DNA of 64,000 nt from Candidatus Cloacimonadota bacterium (GTDB lineage: Bacteria > Cloacimonadota > Cloacimonadia > Cloacimonadales > TCS61), in NCBI GenBank assembly GCA_021734835.1, contig JAIPIH010000010.1, positions 942-64,941 of the forward strand, written 5' to 3'. Numbering within the stretch: the stretch's first letter is position 1; the number at the start of each line of letters is the position of its first letter. Shown here piece by piece: positions 9,462 to 19,592 of this stretch. Both the position numbers and the translations under genes were made by a program. The notes under the pieces are model-generated. The model was not told the DNA's origin, did no database searches, and saw only the letters and a list, made by a program, of their open reading frames with translations.

Positions 9462-10616
9462 TCAGTTTGAGAATTTTCTCATGAAAGCAGGAATTTCCAT
9501 CTGTCTATCTGAAAAAGAATCACTACGCTCAACTGCTTTCTTACTCGTATCTAAAGTACCGGCATTCCTAACTCTTTTCAATACATCTTCAATTCCTTCT
9601 GTAGCATCATTTGTTTCATGGATAATAGTTTCACGTTCATCAGCTGTTGCATTGGGGGAATTTAGTCCAGTAGTGATCAGGGTAACTTTAATTCTGTCTT
9701 TCAACGATTCATCGATAATTATTCCGTAAATAATATCTCCCGTATCTCCGGTTTGCTTAATTATCTCATTTGTGATCAAGTCGAATTCATCCATTTTAAA
9801 ATCTTCAGCTGCTGTGATGTTAATGAGAACTCCTTTTGCATTTACGATAGAAACATCAGAGAGGAGTGGATTATTCATTGCCTTTTGAGCTGCTTCAACT
9901 GCTCTTTGCTCACCCACACCGACTCCGGAACCCATCATTGCCAGGCCTCTGTTCTGCATAACAGTTTGAACATCAGCAAAATCGACATTAAGATATCCGC
10001 TGAAATTAATGATGTCTGAAATTGCTTTCGCTGCCTCATATAAGACATCATCCGCTTTTTTGAAAGCTTCTACAACCGTCATATCTGGAAAAATTTCATT
10101 CAGCTTTTCGTTGGGGATAATTATAAGTGTATCCACATTTTCGCCTAGTTTTTTAATACCGTTTGCAGCATTCAACATTCGCTTATTCCCTTCACTTTTA
10201 AAAGGTCTGCTAACTATACCAATAGTAAGTATGCCCATTTCCCGCGCTAAGGCAGCAATAGCCGGAGTTGCACCGGTTCCGGTTCCTCCGCCCATTCCGG
10301 CAGCGAGAAAGAGAAGGTCGGTGTCTCTCAAAATGTTCTTTATATCTTCTCGAGATTCTTCCGCAGCTTTTCTGCCTACTTCAGGGTTTGCACCGGCTCC
10401 GAGTCCTTTAGTTATCTCCTTACCTAGCTGCAGCTTTATTTTAGCATTCGATTTTTTAAGATCCATGATGTTTGTATTGGCAACGATAAATTCTAGTCCG
10501 TTCAATTTGTACTCGATCATAGTTCCAATGGCATTTCCGCCGGCTCCACCAACACCGATGATCTTTATATGAGTGCCAAATTGCACTTCATCATGGTTAA
10601 GATCTAACTCCAACAT
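9462..10616 (-). CDS. ftsZ: Cell division GTPase FtsZ
   Basis: GVGGAGGNA and tubulin signature AAGMGGGTGTGATP. Terminal gene of the dcw cluster. Confidence 0.97.
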   Translation of the reverse strand: MLELDLNHDEVQFGTHIKIIGVGGAGGNAIGTMIEYKLNGLEFIVANTNIMDLKKSNAKIKLQLGKEITKGLGAGANPEVGRKAAEESREDIKNILRDTDLLFLAAGMGGGTGTGATPAIAALAREMGILTIGIVSRPFKSEGNKRMLNAANGIKKLGENVDTLIIIPNEKLNEIFPDMTVVEAFKKADDVLYEAAKAISDIINFSGYLNVDFADVQTVMQNRGLAMMGSGVGVGEQRAVEAAQKAMNNPLLSDVSIVNAKGVLINITAAEDFKMDEFDLITNEIIKQTGDTGDIIYGIIIDESLKDRIKVTLITTGLNSPNATADERETIIHETNDATEGIEDVLKRVRNAGTLDTSKKAVERSDSFSDRQMEIPAFMRKFSN

Positions 10617-10634
10617 ATATCCTCCGGATGGATT

Positions 10635-11906
10635 TTAAAAATAATCCTGAAAAAATTCTTTAACTTTCTGCCAGAAATTTGTAAATGAATTTCTGATCTT
10701 AATATTGCTGATCTTTTCATCCTGTTCTTTAAGCTCATCAAAAACATAATATAAGATACCGACGGTCGTAGCATATTTAGGATTTTCTAATCTTTCGGTC
10801 GGACCAGCTAAGTTTGAAAGATAAGGGTACCCGATCTTAGTCGGCATATTAAATATTTGGTCAGCCAAGGTGTTGCTGTTCTTGAGGAGAGAAGCGCCAC
10901 CGGTTAGAACAAGTCCGGCAGTGATCAATTCCAGATCGTGATGTTCACTTAGCAATTTATAAGCACCTTCAAAAATTTCCCGCATTCTGGCTTCGATTAT
11001 CTCTGTCATATATTTTAATTTCTTTTTCTGTGTTTCTCTACCGCCGATTCCTTCTATTTCAATAACTTTATCAATAGGGATATTATCAGATATTGAATTT
11101 CCGAGTTCCAGTTTGAGTTTCTCTGCATTTTGAGGAGATGTGTGTAAGCCAACAGAGATATCATGAGTAATATTTTTTCCGCCTATTGGCAGAACTGCAC
11201 TAAATCTGATACTATCCTTGTAGAATATAGCAATATCGGTAGTACCGCCGCCGATATCAATAATAATGGAACCGAGCTCTTTTTCCACATCATCCAACAC
11301 AGCGTGGGAAGAGGCAATCGGCTCAAGATAACTTTCCAGCACTTTATAGCCAGCTAATTCCACGCATTTATTAATATTTCTCAGAGCGTTAATATCTGCC
11401 ATCACAATGTGGACATGAGCAGAAAGATTAAATCCACTCATATTTACAGGATTCATAATACCATCCTGATCATCAATCTTAAAATATTGCGGAATAGCAT
11501 GAATAATTTCAAGTCTTTCATTACCCTGTTGAATTTTTACATTATTCCTTGAATTGGAGATCACATTTTCTACGTGCTGTTGATCTATATCACAGGGCTG
11601 TGCACCTGATGTAAGTGAAATTCTGCCGATCGTGTTTTGACTTTTGATATGTTCTCCGGCAATTCCCACATAAATATTTTTGGCTTTAAATCCGGAACCG
11701 GCCATTTCTTCAGCTTCCGAAATCGCATCTTGCATAGATTTGGACGCCTTCATTATATCTACAACAATACCATTGACCATCCCGTTTGATTTGCTGTTTC
11801 CAATACCTTTAACTTCTAGTTTATTATCAACATTGATCTCAGCAATAATAACACTGATCTTAGTTGTACCTATATCAATAGCCGTGATCACTTGTCCGAC
11901 TTTCAT
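10635..11906 (-). CDS. ftsA: Cell division protein FtsA
   Basis: Actin-fold phosphate motifs AIDIGTTKISVII and IIDIGGGTTDIAIF; synteny ftsQ-ftsA-ftsZ. Confidence 0.95.
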   Translation of the reverse strand: MKVGQVITAIDIGTTKISVIIAEINVDNKLEVKGIGNSKSNGMVNGIVVDIMKASKSMQDAISEAEEMAGSGFKAKNIYVGIAGEHIKSQNTIGRISLTSGAQPCDIDQQHVENVISNSRNNVKIQQGNERLEIIHAIPQYFKIDDQDGIMNPVNMSGFNLSAHVHIVMADINALRNINKCVELAGYKVLESYLEPIASSHAVLDDVEKELGSIIIDIGGGTTDIAIFYKDSIRFSAVLPIGGKNITHDISVGLHTSPQNAEKLKLELGNSISDNIPIDKVIEIEGIGGRETQKKKLKYMTEIIEARMREIFEGAYKLLSEHHDLELITAGLVLTGGASLLKNSNTLADQIFNMPTKIGYPYLSNLAGPTERLENPKYATTVGILYYVFDELKEQDEKISNIKIRNSFTNFWQKVKEFFQDYF

Positions 11907-12655
11907 AACTCCTCCGCTCTGATAACCAGCTGATCTTTAAATCTGAGATCTATTGTTGTACCCTTTTCAAAAGAACGATTTTGCTCCAGAAAATTGAGTT
12001 TTCCCAATTTTTCTTCAATCTCATTTGAGCCTAATACAATCCTGTATCCGATGTTGGCATTAACGAAGACAATATCTTCGCCGCTTTTATAAAATTCAGA
12101 AATACTCTTTATGAACGTCGGATCAATTTTATCAAAACTACTTTTTAACAAAAAAACTTCTTCAACAAGTTCATTTATCAATTTACTACCGATCACGATA
12201 TCAGGATCAGGGATCTTTGTGTCTATTACAGGCAGTATTTCATCATTATAAAAGTTCACATTATCAAGAACAATTCTATCCTGATCGATAGGGAAGATGC
12301 AGCCTTTTTGAGTTCTGATAAAGAATTCTCCTTTTGTCTCAATTATTCTGATCTTTAATTTATCAGGGAAAATTCTGGTGACTTTGATATCATTGATCCT
12401 TACAATATTTTCATATTTTTTTCGAACATTCAATTTTGATATTGAATAAAGATTTTTACCGACTAGATCACTGCAGATATTTAACAGAAAATCAGTTTCT
12501 AAATTAGAGTTTCCTGTTATACTGATACTCTTAACATTGAAAATATCAAGTTTTGTAAACAGACTGTTTATGCCCCAATATGATCCATAGATCAAAAGGG
12601 CAAAAATCAGAAAAATAAAGAAATATCTGCTGGAGCCGGATCTTTTTTTAATCAT
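11903..12655 (-). CDS. ftsQ: Cell division protein FtsQ
   Basis: Single N-terminal TM helix plus POTRA-like VKSISITGNSNL; position between murB and ftsA; 4-nt overlap with ftsA. Confidence 0.8.
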   Translation of the reverse strand: MIKKRSGSSRYFFIFLIFALLIYGSYWGINSLFTKLDIFNVKSISITGNSNLETDFLLNICSDLVGKNLYSISKLNVRKKYENIVRINDIKVTRIFPDKLKIRIIETKGEFFIRTQKGCIFPIDQDRIVLDNVNFYNDEILPVIDTKIPDPDIVIGSKLINELVEEVFLLKSSFDKIDPTFIKSISEFYKSGEDIVFVNANIGYRIVLGSNEIEEKLGKLNFLEQNRSFEKGTTIDLRFKDQLVIRAEEL

Positions 12656-13553
12656 TAATAACTTTTATCTCCAATTCAAGGTTAATATTTTTCCTTTCTT
12701 TCACCTTCTTCTTTGCTAATCTAATTAAAGACATAACATCATCAAATGTGGCATTTTCTTTATTGATGATAAAGTTTGCATGCTTTTCACTTATTTGTGC
12801 TCCTCCTATCTGTGTCCCTTTTAGCTGGCAATCTTCTATCAGCCTACCGGCATAATGTCCCTCAGGATTTTTGAATGTACTGCCCAAACTGGGGAAATCA
12901 TACGGGTGTCTGGTAGATCTCTTGTTAATTATAGTCTCTTTCTCAGCTAAAATATCCGCCTGCTTTTTTTTCTGCAATTTAAAGGCAGCTTTGGTTATAA
13001 AACCGTCGATTGAAGTGATTCTGTAGCCATGATCCAACTCTTTGTGAGTTTTTTTCTTTAACTCCCCGTTGTGATCAATGTATTCAATCCAGGATAAATA
13101 ATCAAATAAGCTCTTACCAAAAGCGCCTGCGTTCATGTTTACAGCTCCACCTACATGAGCAGGAATTCCGGAGATGAATTCCAATCCGCCTAAACCGAGT
13201 GTCATAGCTCTATCGATCAATGTGCTGATCTTACAATTTGCAGAAACTGTAACAACATCGCTATTAACCTGAAACAACTCAGGAAGAAAAGCATCCAGAA
13301 TAATCACTCTATCACCAACATTACCAAACAAGATATTCGAGCCGCCACCCAAAGGCAAAATTTCTAAATCGCCTTTATTCGCTTCTTTAATGATCTGAGA
13401 TAAACTCCTAAAGCTTAGCGGCGCAAGCAAATAAGATGCCTTTCCACCAATCTTGATATTGGAATATTCACTTAAGGAACTCTTTATATGAAACGAAGTT
13501 AGCATTTTACTGTCAAACATTTTCTCTGTTTTAATCAATTTTATTTTCCTCAT
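12648..13553 (-). CDS. murB: UDP-N-acetylenolpyruvoylglucosamine reductase MurB
   Basis: FAD-binding PLGGGSNILF; GSTFKNP motif; GGAQISEKHANFIIN. Confidence 0.93.
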   Translation of the reverse strand: MRKIKLIKTEKMFDSKMLTSFHIKSSLSEYSNIKIGGKASYLLAPLSFRSLSQIIKEANKGDLEILPLGGGSNILFGNVGDRVIILDAFLPELFQVNSDVVTVSANCKISTLIDRAMTLGLGGLEFISGIPAHVGGAVNMNAGAFGKSLFDYLSWIEYIDHNGELKKKTHKELDHGYRITSIDGFITKAAFKLQKKKQADILAEKETIINKRSTRHPYDFPSLGSTFKNPEGHYAGRLIEDCQLKGTQIGGAQISEKHANFIINKENATFDDVMSLIRLAKKKVKERKNINLELEIKVIND

Positions 13554-14907
13554 TTAGAAAAAGTTCGCCAAATTTGTAAATATTTCCAGCGCCCATAGTG
13601 ATCAAAATATCACCCGGTTTGGTTAATTTATTCAGATTTTCAACGATAGTTTCATTTTTCTCTATATAGCACACGTTATTATGTCCTGACTGGATAGCTG
13701 CATCAGAAATCAACTTACCTGTAACTCCCGGAATCGCTTTTTCTCTGGCCGGATAGATTGGTGTGATAATAAGCACATCAGATTGGAAAAAACAGCGACC
13801 GAATTCCTGATAGAAGTCTTGTGTCCGGGAATAGAGATGTGGTTGAAAAACAGCTACAATTCTGTTATCCACGCTATCACGAATACCTTTAAGTGTAGCT
13901 TCAATTTCTGTGGGATGATGTGCATAATCATCATAAACTTTTACCTTTTTTATTATTCCTTTAAATTCAAATCTGCGAAATACACCATTATATTTTTTTA
14001 AACCTTTTTTAATAGCTTCAAAGGGAATATCCAATTCCAAACCTGTACCAATAGCTAATAATGAATTTAGAATATTATGCGTTCCCGGAACGTTCAAATC
14101 TATTCTGCCTAATTGTTTACCGTTATGCAGGGCTGTGTAACTTGCTTTGAAATTATTTAACACAACATCAGCTGCCTGGATGTTCGCTTGTTGTGAAAAC
14201 CCATAAGTCAAGATATCCTTTTTAATATCAGGAATGATAGATTGCACTCCATGATCATCTAAGCAAGCGATCACACTACCAAAGAATGGAACTTTATTAG
14301 AATATTCTATAAAAGCATCTTTTACCCCTTTCAAATCGGAATAGCAATCTAGATGATCAGCTTCTATGTTTGTGATCCCGGCAATTATCGGGCTTAAGGT
14401 GAGGAACGAACGGTCAAATTCATCAGCTTCTACAACAATATATTTACCGGAGCCTAGAAGGTTATTAGAGCCATAGTTTTTCACGATTCCGCCTACGATC
14501 ACAGTAGGATCAAGTTGCGCCGCTGATAAAACACTTCCTACCATGGAAGTAGTAGAAGTTTTACCGTGAGTTCCGGCAATACCAATTCCATAACTCATTC
14601 TCATTATTTCTGATAGCATTTCTGCTCTTCTTATAACAGGAATTTTCTGTGATAGGGCATAAGTTATTTCCGGATTACTATCATCAACAGCTGAAGATTT
14701 TACGACTACATCTGCATCTTTTACAGTTGCCGGGTCATGACCTTGTGAAATTACAGCACCTTTTTTGCTTAAATGTTGGGTGATCTTACTGAGAGTAAGA
14801 TCAGAACCGCTTACTTTAAAGCCTTGATTTAGAAGGAGCTCAGCTATTCCGCTCATTCCAATCCCGCCAATTCCGACAAAATGTATTTTCTTAGTTCTGC
14901 CCAGCAT
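13531..14907 (-). CDS. murC: UDP-N-acetylmuramate--L-alanine ligase MurC
   Basis: HFVGIGGIGMSGIAELL Rossmann N-terminus; GIAGTHGKTSTTSM P-loop; DDYAHHPTEI. Confidence 0.95.
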   Translation of the reverse strand: MLGRTKKIHFVGIGGIGMSGIAELLLNQGFKVSGSDLTLSKITQHLSKKGAVISQGHDPATVKDADVVVKSSAVDDSNPEITYALSQKIPVIRRAEMLSEIMRMSYGIGIAGTHGKTSTTSMVGSVLSAAQLDPTVIVGGIVKNYGSNNLLGSGKYIVVEADEFDRSFLTLSPIIAGITNIEADHLDCYSDLKGVKDAFIEYSNKVPFFGSVIACLDDHGVQSIIPDIKKDILTYGFSQQANIQAADVVLNNFKASYTALHNGKQLGRIDLNVPGTHNILNSLLAIGTGLELDIPFEAIKKGLKKYNGVFRRFEFKGIIKKVKVYDDYAHHPTEIEATLKGIRDSVDNRIVAVFQPHLYSRTQDFYQEFGRCFFQSDVLIITPIYPAREKAIPGVTGKLISDAAIQSGHNNVCYIEKNETIVENLNKLTKPGDILITMGAGNIYKFGELFLNEENKID

Positions 14908-15992
14908 TACTTCTCCTTTCCGATATAATTCAAAATTGTGGCAGCAATATTTTGCGCTGCGTTCGAATGCACAGTCATTTTAAAATTTCTTTTTAAACTA
15001 ATTAACTTTTCAAACATATTCAAAATTGTGGAAAAAAGCAGTTCTGAATTCAAAGAATTCTGTTCAATGATCTCTGCTATATGTTTATTTTTCATTTCAG
15101 CTGCATTGAAATATTGATGATTACCAGCGGCAGTAGGTAAGGGGATTAAAATAGAAGGGATTTTCTTTGCTTCTAATTCTGCCAAACTCAAAGCACCCGC
15201 CCGAGCAATTGCTAGATCAACAGAATTATAGATCTTACCTATCTCATTTGTAAATGCAAATGCATAGATCCCTTTTGTATTTTTTACTTTGGCATAAAAC
15301 TGCTCATAACTGAAATTCCCGATCTGCCAGATTATTTCAAAACCCTGAGTTAAAAGGTCATCAACGATCGGAAAGAATGCAGTATTTAGGATAACTGAAC
15401 CCTGGCTGCCGCCGAATAAGAAAATCTTTTTGGATGTCTCACTTAAACCCAATTTTGCAAAATCCAACTGCTTTTTTTCCAGGATAGCATTCTGATTGAT
15501 TGGATTGCCGGTGTAAATTGATTTAACCGATGGTAAATATTTTTTTGAATCATGATTACCTAAAAATATTTTCGTAGCGTATTTACTGAGAATTCTGGTA
15601 GTAACTCCCGGATAGCTGTTTTGTTCCTGCAGGAAAATAGGAATTTTGTGAAGATGCGCTGCATAACCAACAGGACCGCAGACAAAGCCACCTGTTCCTA
15701 AAAAAGCGTTCGGCTTGAATTTCTTAATAATTTTTTTAGAGTCAATAATACTTTTTAACAATTTAAAAGGAAATTTGATATGTGCAAAAGTGAATTTCCG
15801 GTAAAATTTTTGCACATTTATAGGTGAAAATTCAAAATTATTTTTTCGGGTCAATTCTTGTTCCATACTGGATCTATTACCGACGAAAAGTACCTGAATA
15901 CCTTCTTTTACAAGTTCTTTCGCAATTGAAATTGCGGGAATAATATGCCCTCCCGTTCCACCTGCTGCGATTATGACCCTTTTACTTTTCAT
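14907..15992 (-). CDS. murG: Lipid II synthase MurG (UDP-GlcNAc transferase)
   Basis: AAGGTGGHIIPAISIA N-terminal G-loop; GT28 architecture; dcw synteny. Confidence 0.93.
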   Translation of the reverse strand: MKSKRVIIAAGGTGGHIIPAISIAKELVKEGIQVLFVGNRSSMEQELTRKNNFEFSPINVQKFYRKFTFAHIKFPFKLLKSIIDSKKIIKKFKPNAFLGTGGFVCGPVGYAAHLHKIPIFLQEQNSYPGVTTRILSKYATKIFLGNHDSKKYLPSVKSIYTGNPINQNAILEKKQLDFAKLGLSETSKKIFLFGGSQGSVILNTAFFPIVDDLLTQGFEIIWQIGNFSYEQFYAKVKNTKGIYAFAFTNEIGKIYNSVDLAIARAGALSLAELEAKKIPSILIPLPTAAGNHQYFNAAEMKNKHIAEIIEQNSLNSELLFSTILNMFEKLISLKRNFKMTVHSNAAQNIAATILNYIGKEK

Positions 15993-16001
15993 AAAATTTC
16001 C

Positions 16002-17147
16002 TTAATGACTTTGTAATCTCTGCTTTTTGGCACTTATGTTCAACAGAAGACCAACCGAAAATGAATTGAGCAGAAGTGAAGTGCCGCCGTAACTGATAAA
16101 TGGTAAAGTTACACCGGTTGAAGGCAAAGCAGCTATCGCTACTCCTATATTGACTATGGCATTAAAAAAGATGTTCATTCCCAGACCGATTCCTGCCAGT
16201 TTCAGAAACATATCATCCTGAATATATGAGTTGAGGATTGTGCGGGCAAATAGAAACGCATATAACCCCATTACAATTAAAGCTCCTATGAAACCGAATT
16301 CTTCGCCAATTATGGCGTAAATATAGTCAGTCTTGGCTTCCGGTAAAAAATAATGTTTACCGGTTCCTCTGGAAGGTGTTGTGCCAATGATCTTTCCGCT
16401 TGTTAATGAGATCAAGCTCTCTTTGATCTGATAATCTTGATTACCGGAATATTGGCTGGTTTTATCTAATGCTTTATGGAATAATGAATATTTTTGATAA
16501 ATTTGCATGCGTTCGGAACGATATGCCGGCCCTGAAAAAATGATCACTGAGCCCATTAAAATACTAACAAATAATATCAAACTGATAGTCGAAATTCTGA
16601 TCTTGGCAATAAATAATAGCGAGAGCAGAGTTGCTCCGGAAATGATCAAAGTACTGAAATGTTTTTCTGCTAAGATCAAAACAAAGATCAACATCGTAAT
16701 CACGATCAACTGATTGAAATTTTTCAGGAATCCTTTTGGCCTTGTTTGCTCTATTTTTAACTTGTTTTTATCTAAAATATGTGCAAAATAAATAATTAAC
16801 AATAATCTAGCTATTAAGCTAGGTTGAATATTTATTTTCCAGATATGAATACTGCGTACTGCTCCTTTAACTGGTTCCCCGAATATTAGAACTGCAATTA
16901 ATGAAATAATTGTTACAAAAAGTAAAGGGAATATCCATTTTCTCAATTTTTCGAGATCAACGATCCTAAAAGCAAAGAATAGTGAAGCTCCGGAAAGAAA
17001 CAACCAGATAAACTGACGATAAAAAAAATACATTGAGGTTCTGACAGAGCTTATATTGAGCTGCATAAAAATTCCAATACCGATCAATAAAAGGTATGTG
17101 AAAAATATATAGATATCGTACTGTGCAATATAAGTTTTGGTTTTCAT
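16002..17147 (-). CDS. ftsW: SEDS-family peptidoglycan polymerase FtsW
   Basis: 10-TM SEDS protein (PEAKTDYIYAIIGEEFGFIG, LPFISYGGTS) between murD and murG. Confidence 0.9.
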   Translation of the reverse strand: MKTKTYIAQYDIYIFFTYLLLIGIGIFMQLNISSVRTSMYFFYRQFIWLFLSGASLFFAFRIVDLEKLRKWIFPLLFVTIISLIAVLIFGEPVKGAVRSIHIWKINIQPSLIARLLLIIYFAHILDKNKLKIEQTRPKGFLKNFNQLIVITMLIFVLILAEKHFSTLIISGATLLSLLFIAKIRISTISLILFVSILMGSVIIFSGPAYRSERMQIYQKYSLFHKALDKTSQYSGNQDYQIKESLISLTSGKIIGTTPSRGTGKHYFLPEAKTDYIYAIIGEEFGFIGALIVMGLYAFLFARTILNSYIQDDMFLKLAGIGLGMNIFFNAIVNIGVAIAALPSTGVTLPFISYGGTSLLLNSFSVGLLLNISAKKQRLQSH

Positions 17148-18472
17148 CTCTTTAATCCCATCACGATCTGCTTAAAAGTATTTCCGCGTTCCTCAAAGTT
17201 GTCAAATCTATCATAACTCGTACAAGCAGGTGAAAGTAAAATTATGTCTCCTTGTTCAGAATCAGAAAAAGCCTTTTTGATCACACTCTCGAAATCTTCA
17301 ATTACATCAAATTTAATTTTACCGATAAAAGCAGCAGCCATTTCATCAATCGTATCACCTGTTAAATATACTTTCTTAGCATTATTAATAAGATAAGGGA
17401 TCAACACGCTGTAATCTTCATTTTTCCCTGCACCTCCCAGAATTATCCTAAGTGGTTTATCAAAAGAACTTAAGGCATATTTCACTGAATCTGTATTAGT
17501 CGCTTTGGAATCATTATAAAATTTCACACCACTAATTTCACTAACAAATTCCAAACGATGAGGCAGTGGTGTAAAGGTATCGATAGAGTTTTGAATGATC
17601 CTTGCATCTACTTTAAAGGGAGAAATAGCTAAAATTGAACACATAACATTTGCGATGTTATGCGGTCCTTTCAAGGAGGTATTTTGCAGAGAATATTTTC
17701 TGCCATTAATAATTATGAAGTTGTTCTTGTAATATATATCTGTTTCCGAATTTAGAGAAAAATATTTGATTTTTCTATTAGCTATTTCATTATATTTCTT
17801 TGTGTTCATATCATCATAGTTGAGAATTGCCAGGTCATTTTCTGTTTGATTATTGAAAATATTGAATTTCATCGCGGCATAGTCGGCAAAACTATTATAT
17901 CTATTCAAATGATCTGGAGTAATATTGATCAATGCTGCAACATCAGCTTTAAATTTGTCTATAAGTTCCAACTGAAAACTGCTTAACTCTAAAACAATGA
18001 TATCAATACCTGCTTTTTCTAAAGGATAGGAAGAAAGCGGAATCCCGATATTACCAGCGAGAACAGCATTAAATCCTGCTTCTTTCAAGATGTGATGAAT
18101 CAGACTTACAGTAGTGCTTTTCCCATTTGATCCGGTGACAGCAATAATCTTACTTTTATTCTGTTTGATCAGAAAACTAAATTCAATTTCACTGATCATC
18201 CTGCAGTTCATCTTTTTAGCGTCTTGTAAAATTCTTATTTTTCCCGGTATGCCAGGACTTAAAATAAGTATATCATTTTCTAATAATTTTTGGGTGTGTC
18301 CGCCAAATTCAGTACGGAATGTCATTTTAATTTTATCAGCATCAGGAATTTTATCTTCTGAATTATTATCACTTAAAAATGGTATTCCCCCCAGTTCTTT
18401 AATCTTTGCAGCAACAGACAAACCACTTCTGCCCATTCCGAGAATTCCAAATTTAATTCCTTTAACTTTCAT
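17144..18472 (-). CDS. murD: UDP-N-acetylmuramoylalanine--D-glutamate ligase MurD
   Basis: ILGMGRSG N-terminus; VTGSNGKSTT P-loop; 4-nt overlap with ftsW. Confidence 0.93.
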   Translation of the reverse strand: MKVKGIKFGILGMGRSGLSVAAKIKELGGIPFLSDNNSEDKIPDADKIKMTFRTEFGGHTQKLLENDILILSPGIPGKIRILQDAKKMNCRMISEIEFSFLIKQNKSKIIAVTGSNGKSTTVSLIHHILKEAGFNAVLAGNIGIPLSSYPLEKAGIDIIVLELSSFQLELIDKFKADVAALINITPDHLNRYNSFADYAAMKFNIFNNQTENDLAILNYDDMNTKKYNEIANRKIKYFSLNSETDIYYKNNFIIINGRKYSLQNTSLKGPHNIANVMCSILAISPFKVDARIIQNSIDTFTPLPHRLEFVSEISGVKFYNDSKATNTDSVKYALSSFDKPLRIILGGAGKNEDYSVLIPYLINNAKKVYLTGDTIDEMAAAFIGKIKFDVIEDFESVIKKAFSDSEQGDIILLSPACTSYDRFDNFEERGNTFKQIVMGLKR

Positions 18473-18475
18473 TCC

Positions 18476-19591
18476 TTACCTTAGTTTTAGTGTTGCTAAG
18501 CCCACACCAACAAGCAATGCTGCCACTATCCAAAATCTGATAACGATCTTTTCTTCCGAGATGCCTTTTAATTCATAATGATGGTGAATAGGAGCACAAA
18601 GAAACGCTCTCTTACCCGTACCGGTTTTTCTTCGTGTATATTTGAAATAATACCTTTGAATAATAGTTGATAAAGCTTCTATGACAAATATTCCACCCAC
18701 TATTGCAAAGAATATCTCCTCCCGCAACAGTACAGCAAGTACAGCCAGTATTCCACCCAATGACAAAGATCCGGTATCTCCTAAAATGATCTGAGCAGGT
18801 TTAACATTATACCATAGAAATCCGAGCAATGTGCCTATAAGTGCAGAAATAAAAACTGTAAGTTCTCCGGCATTTTGAATAAAATCGAGATGTAGATATT
18901 CTGCTAATACGAAATTTCCTTTGATATATGCCATAATGCCTAAACCTAAGGCTGCAATTGCTACCGTACCGCCTGCTAATCCATCCAACCCGTCAGTTAA
19001 ATTTACTGCATTCGAAGTCGCTGTTACCATAAAAACTACAAACGGGATGAAAAGGAATTTCAACTGAAGAGAACTATCTTTGAAGAAAGGTAGATTAATT
19101 CGCGTAATGATATCAGGATTTTGAGAACCGTAATACAGAGCAAAGGCAATTAATATACCTAACATCACTTGAGCGAGCAATTTGTATTTTGCAATCAAGC
19201 CTTTTTTCACTCGTAAAAAATTTTTCAAATAATCATCTAGAAAACCTGTTGCTCCCAGCCAGATGGTAGTTATGATCATGATCAAGACATAGCTGTTAAC
19301 AAGATTATTCCATAATAGAACAGATAACAGAATACTACAGATCACAATAAGTCCGCCCATTGTTGGAGTCCCCTCTTTCTCTTTATGAGAGATCGGTACA
19401 TATTCATTGATGCTTTCTACAGCTTGATGTTTCTTTAACATTTTTATGAATTTAGGTCCTAAAACTATAGAGAAGAAAATTGCCGTTATAAAAGCAGCGA
19501 TCGAGCGGAAAGTAACATATTGGAAAACATTAAAGAAACTGTATCCAAAGATTTCGGTATTGGCTAATGGCGCAAAAAGGTGATAAAACAT
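18476..19591 (-). CDS. mraY: Phospho-N-acetylmuramoyl-pentapeptide transferase MraY
   Basis: KEGTPTMGG, NAVNLTDGLDGLA and PIHHHYE motifs. Confidence 0.95.
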   Translation of the reverse strand: MFYHLFAPLANTEIFGYSFFNVFQYVTFRSIAAFITAIFFSIVLGPKFIKMLKKHQAVESINEYVPISHKEKEGTPTMGGLIVICSILLSVLLWNNLVNSYVLIMIITTIWLGATGFLDDYLKNFLRVKKGLIAKYKLLAQVMLGILIAFALYYGSQNPDIITRINLPFFKDSSLQLKFLFIPFVVFMVTATSNAVNLTDGLDGLAGGTVAIAALGLGIMAYIKGNFVLAEYLHLDFIQNAGELTVFISALIGTLLGFLWYNVKPAQIILGDTGSLSLGGILAVLAVLLREEIFFAIVGGIFVIEALSTIIQRYYFKYTRRKTGTGKRAFLCAPIHHHYELKGISEEKIVIRFWIVAALLVGVGLATLKLR

Positions 19592-19592
19592 A

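Noticed and set aside
10009-10572. Long antisense ORFs opposite well-supported genes. Examples: 187 aa inside ftsZ, 154 aa at 18114..18578, 153 aa at 20035..20496, 143 aa at 2785..3216, 123 aa at 6304..6675 and 126 aa at 37525..37905.
   Set aside because: They lie entirely within genes that carry strong family motifs on the other strand. Their products are low-complexity Ser/Leu/Phe/Ile-rich strings with no start signals. These are typical shadow frames.
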